NCBI GenBank assembly: GCA_965248445.1
Contig: CBDFJG010000003.1
Location: forward strand, 1,408,001 to 1,472,000
Direction: 5' to 3'
DNA length: 64,000 nucleotides
Source: Planctomycetota bacterium
GTDB lineage: Bacteria > Planctomycetota > JAJSAM01 > JAJVHW01
Shown one piece after another: positions 1 through 10,415 of this stretch. The position numbers were made by a program, and so were the translations under genes. Every line of letters starts with the position of its first letter. Within the stretch, counting starts at the first letter, position 1. The notes beneath the pieces were generated by a model. That model had not been told where the DNA came from. It saw only the letters and a program-made list of their open reading frames with translations, and ran no database searches.

Positions 1-1463
1 TCCAGGAACCGCCACTTCCCGTCGTTCTGTTTCAGGCGGACGACGCGGCCGTCCTCGAGCTTGACGGAGTCTTCGGCCTTGTAGACCGTGCCGTTCGCCG
101 TGGTGATCACGTTCACGTACCACTTGCGGCTGTCCTTCGAGCCGCCCACGTTGTCGCCGAGCATGAAGAACTCGTCCTTGCCGATCTTCCACTCCTTGCG
201 CCCCTGGTACTCGATGTCGCGTTCGACACGGACGTCGTGGATCGCGCCCTTCCCTCCGCTGAATCCGATGCTCGCCGCGCCCAATTGTGCGCCGCCGTTG
301 CTCTTGTCCGCGGTCTCGATGCGCGCCACAAGACGGCCGTTCACGTAGAGGCGCGCGACGCGGTCCGCGACGCCGAGGCCGTACTCGGTCTCCGGATCGT
401 CGGTCAGGCGCGCGTCCGGCACCGAGAGAGCGTCCATCCCGGGAGCGTCGAGCGTCCCGCCGTCGACCCCAAACGTCGCCTCGACGCGGCGGCGGCCGCC
501 CTCGACGGTGATCTTCACCGCACCGGACTCCGCGCTGCGCTGGAGAGTCAGCTTCGCGTTGACGCGCAGGTCCTCTGCGCCGAGCGACTGGATGAACCGC
601 ACACGACTCGTCTGATCAGCGGGAACCTCGACGGTCGCAGCGTCCTTCCCGATCGACCAGGTCGCCACCTGATCGTCCTGCTCCAACTCGGTAGAGAGGT
701 CGTCCCGCGCGTTCGCCGCGCGGTACAGCGGGAACCAGAGCGTCTCCTGCACCTCCTCGGGCTTCGCGACGACGTTGCCGTTGACGTAGATGTCTCCGTC
801 ACGGATCTCGAGCCTCTCTCCGGGCAGACCGACGAGGCGCTTGATGTAGTTCACCGGCCGGAACAGCGGGTACTTGAACACGACGATCGACCAGCGCGGA
901 GGGTCGCCCAGGAACATCTGCACCTTGCTCGCGAGCAGACGATCGCCGGGCTTGTTCTTGCGCGCATTCGCCCCGAGGATCGTCGGCTCCATCGACGACG
1001 TCGGGATCTGGAAAGCCTCGTACACGAACGTCTTGACCGTGAGGGCGAGGATCAGCGCCATGGCGATGGCTTCGACGTTCTCGCGCACGTGGTCGGCACC
1101 CGTCATCTCAGGAGGCGGCGCGAGGTCGTCCTCGCCCGCGGGCCTGCGGACCCACGACAGCGCGCCCATCGCGACGAACAGGAGCGACGCCACACCGGCC
1201 CAGGCCGCGCCAACCGCGAACTGAGCACCCGCGTGGACGATGAGCACGGCGAGCGACAGGCCGCCGCGCTCGGCGGTGAAGCGGGCGAGGAGACCCGCCA
1301 CCACCAAGAGCGCCGTCGTGACGATCCGGTCCGACGACGTCTCGGTCCCCGCCGACGCGGCCTGTGGGAACAGGAAGTAGACCAGCAGCCCGAGGGTCAC
1401 GAGCAGCGTCGAGGCGCGCCGTGCGGTCGTCGCCAGCCTGTCGGGCACGAGTACGTTCAACAT
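1..1463 (-). CDS. lepB: Signal peptidase I with extra N-terminal membrane segment (runs off window start)
   Basis: Read by hand (absent from ORF track): ATG at 1463, ~119 aa hydrophobic N-terminus, then RENVEAIAMALILALTVKTFVYEAFQIPTSSMEPTI (catalytic Ser box), GDRLLASK, VVFKYP, NYIKRLVGLPGE (catalytic Lys); directly downstream of lepA. Confidence 0.93.
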   Translation of the reverse strand, partial: MLNVLVPDRLATTARRASTLLVTLGLLVYFLFPQAASAGTETSSDRIVTTALLVVAGLLARFTAERGGLSLAVLIVHAGAQFAVGAAWAGVASLLFVAMGALSWVRRPAGEDDLAPPPEMTGADHVRENVEAIAMALILALTVKTFVYEAFQIPTSSMEPTILGANARKNKPGDRLLASKVQMFLGDPPRWSIVVFKYPLFRPVNYIKRLVGLPGERLEIRDGDIYVNGNVVAKPEEVQETLWFPLYRAANARDDLSTELEQDDQVATWSIGKDAATVEVPADQTSRVRFIQSLGAEDLRVNAKLTLQRSAESGAVKITVEGGRRRVEATFGVDGGTLDAPGMDALSVPDARLTDDPETEYGLGVADRVARLYVNGRLVARIETADKSNGGAQLGAASIGFSGGKGAIHDVRVERDIEYQGRKEWKIGKDEFFMLGDNVGGSKDSRKWYVNVITTANGTVYKAEDSVKLEDGRVVRLKQNDGKWRFL

Positions 1464-1479
1464 GCGTGGCGGGCCGTCC

Positions 1480-3305
<1,826 letters not shown>

Positions 3306-3309
<4 letters not shown>

Positions 3310-3923
3310 GCGACGCCCTCCGCCGCGAGCCACGTCGTGAGTTGCGCGCGCAGATCCGCGAGTGCGTTGGCGCGATGGCTGACGGCGTTCTTCTCCTCCG
3401 CCGTGACCTCCGCGAACGTCTTCCCAAGGGGCTCCACCAAGAAGTGCGGGTCGTAGCCGAACCCGCTCGTGCCGCGCGGCTCCTCGATCAGGACGCCTTC
3501 GCACGCCCCGTCCCCACGCAGCGCGATCGTGCCGTCCGGCCGCGCGAGCGAGACCACGCAGCGGAACCGGGCGAGCGGCCGTTCGAGCCCCGCCTCGCGA
3601 GCCTCGGCGATCAGCTTGCGGTTGTTGTCGAGGTCGGTCGCGCCCGGACCGGCGTAGCGCGCCGAGTAGACTCCGGGCCGGCAGTTCAGCGCCGGGACCT
3701 CCAAGCCGGAGTCGTCGGCCAGCGCGTGCAAGCCGGTGGACCGCGCCGCGTGCGTCGCTTTCAGATCGGCGTTCGCGGCGAACGTCGTCCCCGTCTCCTC
3801 CGCCGCCTCAAATGGCCGGTCGACGTCCGTGGGACCGAAGAAGCGCAGCGGTAGGTCCGCAAGCATGGTGCGCAACTCCGCGAGCTTGTGCGGATTGCCG
3901 GTGGCGAGAACGACGTCGATCAC
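3306..3923 (-). CDS. rdgB: Non-canonical purine NTP pyrophosphatase (RdgB/Ham1)
   Basis: [39 protein letters not shown] motifs; follows rph. Confidence 0.96.
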
Positions 3924-4648
3924 CCGTTACCGCCCTCGCGCGCCGTGCGCTGCAGCCGGAACATCTCGCCGGCGCCGTGGTAGGCGAGGTCCACGAGTTC
4001 GTCGAGTCGGGAGCGCGGGAACGGGACGCCCTCGGCGGCGCCCTGGATCTCGACGATGTCGCCCGATCCGTCGATCACGACGTTCATGTCCACGTCGGCC
4101 GCAGCGTCTTCCTCGTACGGGAGATCGAGGCGCGGTTCGCCCTCGATCACACCGACCGATACCGCGGCCAGTTGTGTTCGCACGGGAGTTGACACGAGCA
4201 GCCCCTCGGCCACGAGCTTGTCGCAGGCATCGGCCAGCGCGACCCACGCGCCGGAGATCGCCGCGGTGCGCGTCCCGCCGTCGGCCACCAGGACGTCGCA
4301 GTCCACCCAGATCGTGCGCTCGCCGAGCGCCTGCATGTCGACGACGGCGCGCAGAGCGCGGCCGATCAGCCGGCCGATCTCGACGCCGCGTCCGTCGCGC
4401 TTGCCGCGCGTCGACTCGCGTGCCTTCCGCGGCTCGGTGGACCCGGGGAGCATCGCGTACTCGGCGGTCAGCCAGCCGGTTCCGCGGCCCCGCATCCAGC
4501 GCGGCACCGCCTCCTCGACCGACACCGTGCAGAGCACCCGCGTGCGGCCGGTCTCGACCAGCACGGAGCCGTGCGCCGAATCGGTGAAGGCCCGCACGAA
4601 TCGTACGGTCCTGAGCTCGTCGTTGGCACGTCCGTCAGACCTGGGCAC
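3920..4648 (-). CDS. rph: Ribonuclease PH
   Basis: [56 protein letters not shown] motifs. Confidence 0.97.
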   Translation of the reverse strand: MPRSDGRANDELRTVRFVRAFTDSAHGSVLVETGRTRVLCTVSVEEAVPRWMRGRGTGWLTAEYAMLPGSTEPRKARESTRGKRDGRGVEIGRLIGRALRAVVDMQALGERTIWVDCDVLVADGGTRTAAISGAWVALADACDKLVAEGLLVSTPVRTQLAAVSVGVIEGEPRLDLPYEEDAAADVDMNVVIDGSGDIVEIQGAAEGVPFPRSRLDELVDLAYHGAGEMFRLQRTAREGGNG

Positions 4649-4776
4649 GCTGGATCTCTCCTGGGCGGATCAAGCGGACACCGCCGTCCCCCGATCGAGC
4701 GGGCGATGATCCCATCCATGCGCGACCCCCCGTAGAAGCGGCGAGGGGTCCGCGCCGATGTCCGTCAGCACCGTAC

Positions 4777-4792
4777 ACGGACATTTGTCCGT
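4777..4792. promoter_or_regulatory. Perfect palindrome ACGGACA-TT-TGTCCGT, candidate operator
   Basis: 7-bp inverted repeat with 2-nt spacer in the divergent rph / radical-SAM region; extra half-site TGTCCGT at 4759-4765. Confidence 0.3.
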
Positions 4793-4800
4793 CTCGGCTG

Positions 4801-6477
4801 CTAGCCCGAATCGTTCACCAGCCGGGAATCTGAGCGGGCCGTCGTCTGTCTAAGTGCTCGTACTCGCTAGTACTTGCACCGACAGGAGCGCCGGCCCGAT
4901 GACGACAGACTGTAGCCCGCAGGGGACCCTCTTCGCGGGCATCTGTGGACGCACCGCGGTGACGCGCTTCGACGCCGGTACCGTGACGAGCGACGGGGGC
5001 GTGCTGCTGCTCGAGCGGACCGATCGTCGCATCGATCTGCTCTCGCGGTTTGCGCGCTGCTTCGGGGACCACCGGGACCCGCGTCGGGTCGAGCACACGG
5101 TCGGCCAGATGCTGCGTCAGCGGGTCTTCGGGCTGTGCGCGGGCTACGAGGATCTGGTGGACCACGACCATGTCGGCAAGGACCCGCTGTTTGCCGCGGC
5201 GTGCGGCAAGCGCGAGGGTGCTCTGGCCACGCACCCGACGCTCTCGCGGCTCGAGACCACGCAGCTCGGCGCCACGGCACAGACGCGCTACGCCAAGATC
5301 GAGATGGACCAGGAGCGCGTGGACAGCGTGCTCAGCGACGTCTTCTGCGAGGCCATGGGGCCGGAGGATCCGGGCCTGCTCGTGCTGGACCTGGACCACT
5401 CCGACGTGCGGCTGCACGGCCGGCAGGAGGGCCGCTTCTTCCACGGCTACTACGGGCACTACTGCTACCTGCCGCTGTACGTCTTCTGCGGCGAGCACCT
5501 CTTGCTCGCTCGGCTCCAGACCGCTGACAGAGATCCCGCGCGCGGAGTCGTGGACGAGCTCCGTGCGCTGGTCTTACGTCTGCGGCGCCGCTGGCCCCGG
5601 GCCAAGGTGCTCGTGCGCGCAGACTCGGGCTTTTGCCGCGAGGAGCTGATGGCCTGGTGCGAGGCCGCCGGCCACTTCTACCTGCTGGGCATGGCGCGCA
5701 ATGAGCGCCTTGAGCGACACGTCGAAGACGCGCTCGATGAGGCCGCAGCCCGTGCCGTGCAGACCGGCCGAGCAGCCCGGGTCTTTCGCGACTTTGCCTG
5801 GACCACGCTGGGGAGCTGGAGCCAGAGGCGTCGCGTGGTCGCCAAGGCCGAGCACCTGCCGGGCGGCAAGCGCAATCCCCGCTTCGTGGTGACCAATCTG
5901 CCGCCTCGTAGCTGGAGCAGCAAGCGTCTCTACGAGCAGCTCTACTGCGCCCGGGGCGAGGCGGAGAATCGCATCAAGGAGCAGCAGCTCGAGCTCTTCG
6001 GCACCCGTCTGTCGGTGCACACGATGCAGGGCAACGCCGTGCGGATGGCCATGTCGGCCATGGCCTACGTCCTGACCTGTGCGCTGCGACGCATCGGTCT
6101 CGCCGGCACCGAGATGGCGCGTGCGCAAGCCGGCACGATCCGCCTGCGGCTGCTCAAGATCGGCGCGCTCGTGCGGATCACGACGCGCCGGATCTGGGTC
6201 TCGATGTCCTCGTCGTGGCCCTGGCAGCACGTCTTCGAGCGCTGCGCGCAACGACTGCTGGCATCCCCGAAGCCGACCTGACGTCCCGCCGCGCCGTCCG
6301 CCACACCACCGCCCGGCCTACGGTCTGCCCACACCGCAGAATCCGCGCCGTTTCGGCCGCTCACTCGCGTTGCCCTTGTGGCAACGACGACAGCATCCGC
6401 CCTCGCCTGGCCAAGATCTGACCCTGTGGACTCCGAAAGCACCGTCATCGCGACGTCTCGTGAACAGATGCGGCTAG
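4801..6477 (+). mobile_element. IS1380-family insertion sequence (coordinates include flanking CTAG duplication)
   Basis: Left end CTAG-CCCGAATCGTTCAC; right end reverse complement CTAG-CCGCATCTGTTCAC; CTAG at 4801-4804 and 6474-6477; single transposase ORF inside. Confidence 0.9.
4899..6281 (+). CDS. IS1380-family DDE transposase
   Basis: FDAGTVTSDGGVLLL, GYEDLVDHD, LDLDHSD..HGRQEGRFFHGYYGHYCYLPL, VRADSGFCRE, YCARGEAENRIKE, TIRLRLLKIGA; AGGAG upstream of ATG 4899. Confidence 0.95.
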   Translation: MTTDCSPQGTLFAGICGRTAVTRFDAGTVTSDGGVLLLERTDRRIDLLSRFARCFGDHRDPRRVEHTVGQMLRQRVFGLCAGYEDLVDHDHVGKDPLFAAACGKREGALATHPTLSRLETTQLGATAQTRYAKIEMDQERVDSVLSDVFCEAMGPEDPGLLVLDLDHSDVRLHGRQEGRFFHGYYGHYCYLPLYVFCGEHLLLARLQTADRDPARGVVDELRALVLRLRRRWPRAKVLVRADSGFCREELMAWCEAAGHFYLLGMARNERLERHVEDALDEAAARAVQTGRAARVFRDFAWTTLGSWSQRRRVVAKAEHLPGGKRNPRFVVTNLPPRSWSSKRLYEQLYCARGEAENRIKEQQLELFGTRLSVHTMQGNAVRMAMSAMAYVLTCALRRIGLAGTEMARAQAGTIRLRLLKIGALVRITTRRIWVSMSSSWPWQHVFERCAQRLLASPKPT

Positions 6478-6487
6478 TCTCTCGGCC

Positions 6488-7345
6488 ATGCACGAGACGA
6501 CACTCCACTCAGAGCGCGCCTTCGCCGTCGGCGAACACATCTCGCTGGGCGCGACCTCCGATCCGTATTCGCCCCTCGAGCGACAGACGCGGTCCACCCG
6601 CGCTTCCCTGCGGGAGTTCGCCCGAGAGGCCACGCGGGGAGACGGCCTGCGCATCTCGATCACGACCCGCTCCCCGCTCGTCACGCGCGACATCGACGTC
6701 TTGCGTCGCATCGCCCGAAGGAGCGCGGTGCACGCCAACATGGCCGTGACCACGCTCGACGCTCGCCTGGCCGAGGTGCTCGAACCGCAGGCACCCGAGC
6801 GACAAGAAAGTGGGCCGAAGGCGCGGCTCCGCGCCCTTCGGCGGCTCCGCGAAGCCGGGATCCGTGCTGGGCTGTACGTCGCGCCGTTCTTGCCCGGTGT
6901 GACGGACGTGGACGCCGAGATGACTGCACTCCTTCGCGGCGCACGAGACGCCGGGGCGCTGTGGGTCGGGTGGCAGGCCGATCACCTGCGGGAACCGGAC
7001 CGCTCGGTGCTGCTGCGCGCGCTGAAGAACCGCTACCCGCGCGTCGGAGCGCGCTACGAGGTGTCGCTGCGATTTGGGACGCTGCGATCCGGCCCCGGTG
7101 GATCCGGCCCCGGTGGATCCGGCCCCGGTGGATCCGGCTTGGGGGGATCCGGCCCGAGGGGATCCGGCCCGGGGGGATCCGGCTCGGGGGGACTCGGGTC
7201 GCGGCGGGACGGCCGACTCGCGTGCGACGCGGAGCACCGGCTGCGCTGCATCGCGCGACGACTCGGTCTTGCCGCAGCGCCACACGGCCAGCTGCCCAGC
7301 CCGGAGCGCGTGGAGCAGGCTAAGTTCGCGTTCGGACGAGCATGA
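6488..7345 (+). CDS. Radical SAM-like protein (SplB/Rv2578c-type) lacking the CxxxCxxC motif; possibly a pseudogene
   Basis: GATSDPYSPLE..TR, ISITTRSPLVTRDIDVL, TTLDARLAEVLEP.AP, RLRALRRLREAGI, APFLPGVTD; no Cys triad; IS1380 immediately upstream. Confidence 0.75.
   Translation: MHETTLHSERAFAVGEHISLGATSDPYSPLERQTRSTRASLREFAREATRGDGLRISITTRSPLVTRDIDVLRRIARRSAVHANMAVTTLDARLAEVLEPQAPERQESGPKARLRALRRLREAGIRAGLYVAPFLPGVTDVDAEMTALLRGARDAGALWVGWQADHLREPDRSVLLRALKNRYPRVGARYEVSLRFGTLRSGPGGSGPGGSGPGGSGLGGSGPRGSGPGGSGSGGLGSRRDGRLACDAEHRLRCIARRLGLAAAPHGQLPSPERVEQAKFAFGRA
7086..7190 (+). repeat. 7 x 15-bp tandem repeat (GATCCGGCCCCGGTG consensus) encoding (GGSGP)n
   Basis: Three identical units then four diverged units, in frame within the radical-SAM-like ORF. 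Confidence 0.95.
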
Positions 7346-7355
7346 CGGAACGCCG

Positions 7356-8135
7356 CTAAGGGCTGATGCCGCGCACCGCGGCCAGGATCGCGTCCGGGTC
7401 CGCGCGGTCGGCGACGTCCTCTCCGACGCGCACCCAGGTAATCCGCCCCTCGGCATCCAGCACGATGGTGGTCGGATACGGCACGGGTCCGCGGCCGAAC
7501 GGCTCGGGGTGCACGACGCCTAGGCTCGTCGCAACCGTGGCCTCCGGGTCGGAGATTATCGGAAACTCGAGACCCAGGTCCGCGGCCAACTCGGCCGCTC
7601 CCTCGGGCGAGTCCGTGCCGATCGCGACCACACTGGCCGATGTCCCGAGCTCGTCCGCGACGCCTTGGAGCTGCACCAGCTCCGCCTGGCAGAAGTCTCA
7701 CCAGTGTCCGCGGTAGAGCATCACGACCGCCGGGCGGCCGGCGAGATCGCGCACGGACATCTCCCCGCCGCCCACAGCGGGCAGCGGATCCTGGAATCCC
7801 ACCAGTGGCTGGCCGACCTCTGTGTGCGGCGGGCCCGAGATCGCGGGAAGAGCGAGGAAGTAGAGGAGCGTGGCGCCGAGAAGCGCGGCGAGACCGGCAT
7901 TCAGCACGAGGGCCGGCGCGAGTGACGGCAACGAGACCGGCGGTTTGACCCTCCGCCGGCCTCCGAAAGCCACGATCCCGAGGATGAAGCCCGCCGTTGC
8001 CAGCATGGCCGCCGTCCAGGCGATCGAGACCTCGAGACGGAGCTGGATGAGCTCCAGCCACAAGACCGTGAGCACCATCCCCACGGCGAACGCCGCGTAG
8101 GAGATGAAACGAACCAGGCGCGGACGACTGCTCAT
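7356..8135 (-). CDS. Membrane-anchored peroxiredoxin/redoxin-like (AhpC-TSA) selenoprotein, in-frame UGA (Sec) at 7698-7700
   Basis: ORFs 7698-8189 and 7356-7676 are in one frame separated only by TGA: VVMLYRGHW-TGA-DFCQAELVQLQ...VVAIGTD...FPIISDP...PTTIVLDAEGRITW; UxxC sits where CxxC is expected; hairpin follows the UGA. Confidence 0.88.
7667..7700 (-). promoter_or_regulatory. Bacterial SECIS-like element
   Basis: mRNA UGA GACUUCUGCCAGGC GGAGCUG GUG CAGCUCC: perfect 7-bp stem, G-first apical loop starting after 21 nt downstream of the UGA. Confidence 0.75.
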
Positions 8136-8213
8136 GCGACTACCAACTCCCCATCGACCGATCCTCTTCCCGGCAGCGCGCCGGCGCACGCGGATTCTGG
8201 CGATCCGTCGTGA

Positions 8214-9200
8214 TCAGTCCTGATCCCGTCGCATGAGCTCGCGTGGATACGGACGCAGGTAGGTCTGGTTCCGTGCCCAGTCACGCTCGGGGAGAAGCCG
8301 CAGGCGATCCGCGAGCAGCGCCAGGGGGACCTGCAGCGGCTCCGCACCCGACCCGTACGCGTCGATGGCGCCCGCCAGCTCCGCACGGTCAGGTGTGTCG
8401 AGCCGCCCCGAGACATGCCCGGCGAAGTGCCGCAGCACGTTCACGTGGCGCCCGCGCGTCGCGTGGACGGACAGGCAGTCCATGAGCAGGTCTCCGTACG
8501 CATCGACTGTCCGGTTGATGCCGGCATCCCCGACTCCCGCAACCAGCCCATCGAGTGCTCGATAGCTCGCTGGCGAGTGTGAGAGCAGCTGGTACTTGTG
8601 CTGCGCGTGAAAGTGGATCAGGTCGCGGGCCCGTGGTGCGATCGACAGCAGCTCGCGCCAGCGGCGCCGCGCGAACACGCGCTCCACGAACGACTCGCGC
8701 AGGGAGGGATCATCCAGCCGGCCTTCTTCCTCTACCGGCAGCGCCGGGAGCCCGTCGGCGCCCACGCCGGCGAAGAGGCCGCGACCCTCGTGCTTGGCCG
8801 GCTTCGTCGGTCCGGGATAGACCTTCACCCGGAAGAGCCCGCACGACGGCGAGTTGCTCTTGAACAGGTAGCCGTCGAGTCCGGCAACGCGCAGGCCACC
8901 GACGCGCTGCGCCGACCACGCAGACATCTCGTCGGTGAGGTCCCGCCGAGACTCGTTGGCGATCATCCGCGGTGACTCCGCGGTCCCTTCGAGGCGGACC
9001 GACTCGCGCGGGACGCCGAGTCCGAACTCGACCTCGGGACACACGGGGACCCCGTCGCAGAACTTCCCGAGCACATCGGTAGCGAACGGGTCGCGCTTGT
9101 GCCCGCCGTCGTGGCGGACCCGCTCACCCAGCAGACACGCGCTCACGCCCAGCCTCGGCCGGTCCGGAGCATCGGATACGCGGGTCTCGTCGGAGGTCAT
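8214..9200 (-). CDS. DUF523 (2-thiouracil desulfurase-like) + DUF1722 protein (YbgA-like)
   Basis: GVSACLLGERVRHDGGH, PVCPEVEFGLGVPRE, KSNSPSCG, PVEEEGRL, FHAQHKYQLLSH, NVLRHFAGH, QTYLRPYP. Confidence 0.9.
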   Translation of the reverse strand: MTSDETRVSDAPDRPRLGVSACLLGERVRHDGGHKRDPFATDVLGKFCDGVPVCPEVEFGLGVPRESVRLEGTAESPRMIANESRRDLTDEMSAWSAQRVGGLRVAGLDGYLFKSNSPSCGLFRVKVYPGPTKPAKHEGRGLFAGVGADGLPALPVEEEGRLDDPSLRESFVERVFARRRWRELLSIAPRARDLIHFHAQHKYQLLSHSPASYRALDGLVAGVGDAGINRTVDAYGDLLMDCLSVHATRGRHVNVLRHFAGHVSGRLDTPDRAELAGAIDAYGSGAEPLQVPLALLADRLRLLPERDWARNQTYLRPYPRELMRRDQD

Positions 9201-9310
9201 CTGCTCATTCTCCGCGCGGAATCCTGTAGGCGTGAGACCCCTGTCCCGTTTCCGATCATGGGTCGCACGAGGACGCAGGTCGCGTTCGCGTCGCCCCGGA
9301 GGTTCCTGCC

Positions 9311-9742
9311 ATGCCATATCCCGAAGAGATGGTCGCCCCTATGCGCGCCGAGGTCGTGGACCTGGGCGTCCAGGAGCTCCGTACCGCCGCCGACGTCAAG
9401 GAGGCCATGGCCGACTCGACGGGGACGTCACTGTACTTCATCAACTCGGTCTGTGGCTGCGCCGCAGGCTCGGCGCGACCCGGCCTCGCCGCGTCGCTGC
9501 GCAACCCGAAGCGTCCCGATCGCATCTACACCGTGTTCGCGGGCCAGGACGCGGAGGCGACGGCCGAGGTGCGCAACAACATCCTCGGCATCCCGCCGAG
9601 CTCGCCGGCGATCGCGCTGTTCAAGAACGGCGCCCTGGTCGAGATGGTCGAGCGCCATCACATCCAGGGCGCATCGCCCGAGCAGCTCGGTCAGAGCCTG
9701 GCCGGTCTCTACGACGAGCACTGCTCATCGTCCGGAGTCTAG
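9311..9742 (+). CDS. Bacilliredoxin, BrxA/BrxB family (DUF1094)
   Basis: MPYPEEMVAPMRAE, INSVCGCAAGSARPG (CGC active site), TVFAGQD.EAT, PPSSPAIALFKNG, ERHHIQG. Confidence 0.93.
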   Translation: MPYPEEMVAPMRAEVVDLGVQELRTAADVKEAMADSTGTSLYFINSVCGCAAGSARPGLAASLRNPKRPDRIYTVFAGQDAEATAEVRNNILGIPPSSPAIALFKNGALVEMVERHHIQGASPEQLGQSLAGLYDEHCSSSGV

Positions 9743-9773
9743 GCGCCCGGCGTCTAGGCGGTTCGACGCTGCA

Positions 9774-9801
9774 GCGGGCGGGGGTGGAACCCCGCCCCTA
9801 C
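9774..9801 (-). repeat. GTAG-type REP element copy 1
   Basis: GTAGGGGCGGGGTTCCACCCCCGCCCGC (minus): GTAG + GC-rich hairpin; 25/28 identical to copy at 26826-26853; its TAG is the stop of the 9798-10322 gene. Confidence 0.75.
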
Positions 9802-10322
9802 GAACTCGGGAACGCTTGCGCGTGCCAGGACTCGTGGAACGGCAGCTCGAACTGCCCGCCGCGCCACGACTCCATCCGTGAGATGGCCGTGTCGAACACG
9901 GGCGTGTTGGCACCGATCTCGCCTGAGGCCACCTTCTCGGCGAACTCGTGCCGTCGGAGCGACGCAACCGCGCCGTCACTTGCGCGGTAGTGCATCGTCA
10001 TGCGGTCGACGAGCTTGAGCCCCGTCTCGCGCTCGAGCCGCATGATGAACGACATCATGGCGTCGACGCTGCAGCCGTCCATGCCGATGCGCGTCTCGTC
10101 CGACCCGACGAACAGGAATCGGTCCTCGACCAGTTCGTAGCAGCCGCGGATCTCCGCCTGCTTCATGACCCACTTCTCGAGCACCTTGTCCATCACCGCC
10201 ACGAGTTGCTTGCGCTCCTCGGGCGTGAAGGCACGCGGCGCGGCGTACACCCAGATGCGCGCATCGTCTCCGAGCGCTTCGAACGTGGTCTTCGTGTCGC
10301 GGCTGGGTGCTGGTCCGGGCAT
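9798..10322 (-). CDS. Conserved hypothetical protein with GCSxD motif
   Basis: ARIWVYAAPR, FLFVGSDE..MDGCSVD, LVDRM, VFDTAI, SWHA; resembles a family I recall from Bacteroidota with conserved SGCSID. Confidence 0.7.
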   Translation of the reverse strand: MPGPAPSRDTKTTFEALGDDARIWVYAAPRAFTPEERKQLVAVMDKVLEKWVMKQAEIRGCYELVEDRFLFVGSDETRIGMDGCSVDAMMSFIMRLERETGLKLVDRMTMHYRASDGAVASLRRHEFAEKVASGEIGANTPVFDTAISRMESWRGGQFELPFHESWHAQAFPSS

Positions 10323-10415
10323 GCCCCTGTCCTAACCGCTCAGGAGGCCGCTCACCCAGTCGATTACGGGCCGGGCAATCGGCAATGAGCGAGCCGGACG
10401 GGCTTCAAGCGGCAG

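Noticed and set aside
7086..7190. Possible CRISPR or engineered linker
   Set aside because: Units are contiguous 15-mers with no spacers, diverge progressively, and no cas or vector sequence is nearby
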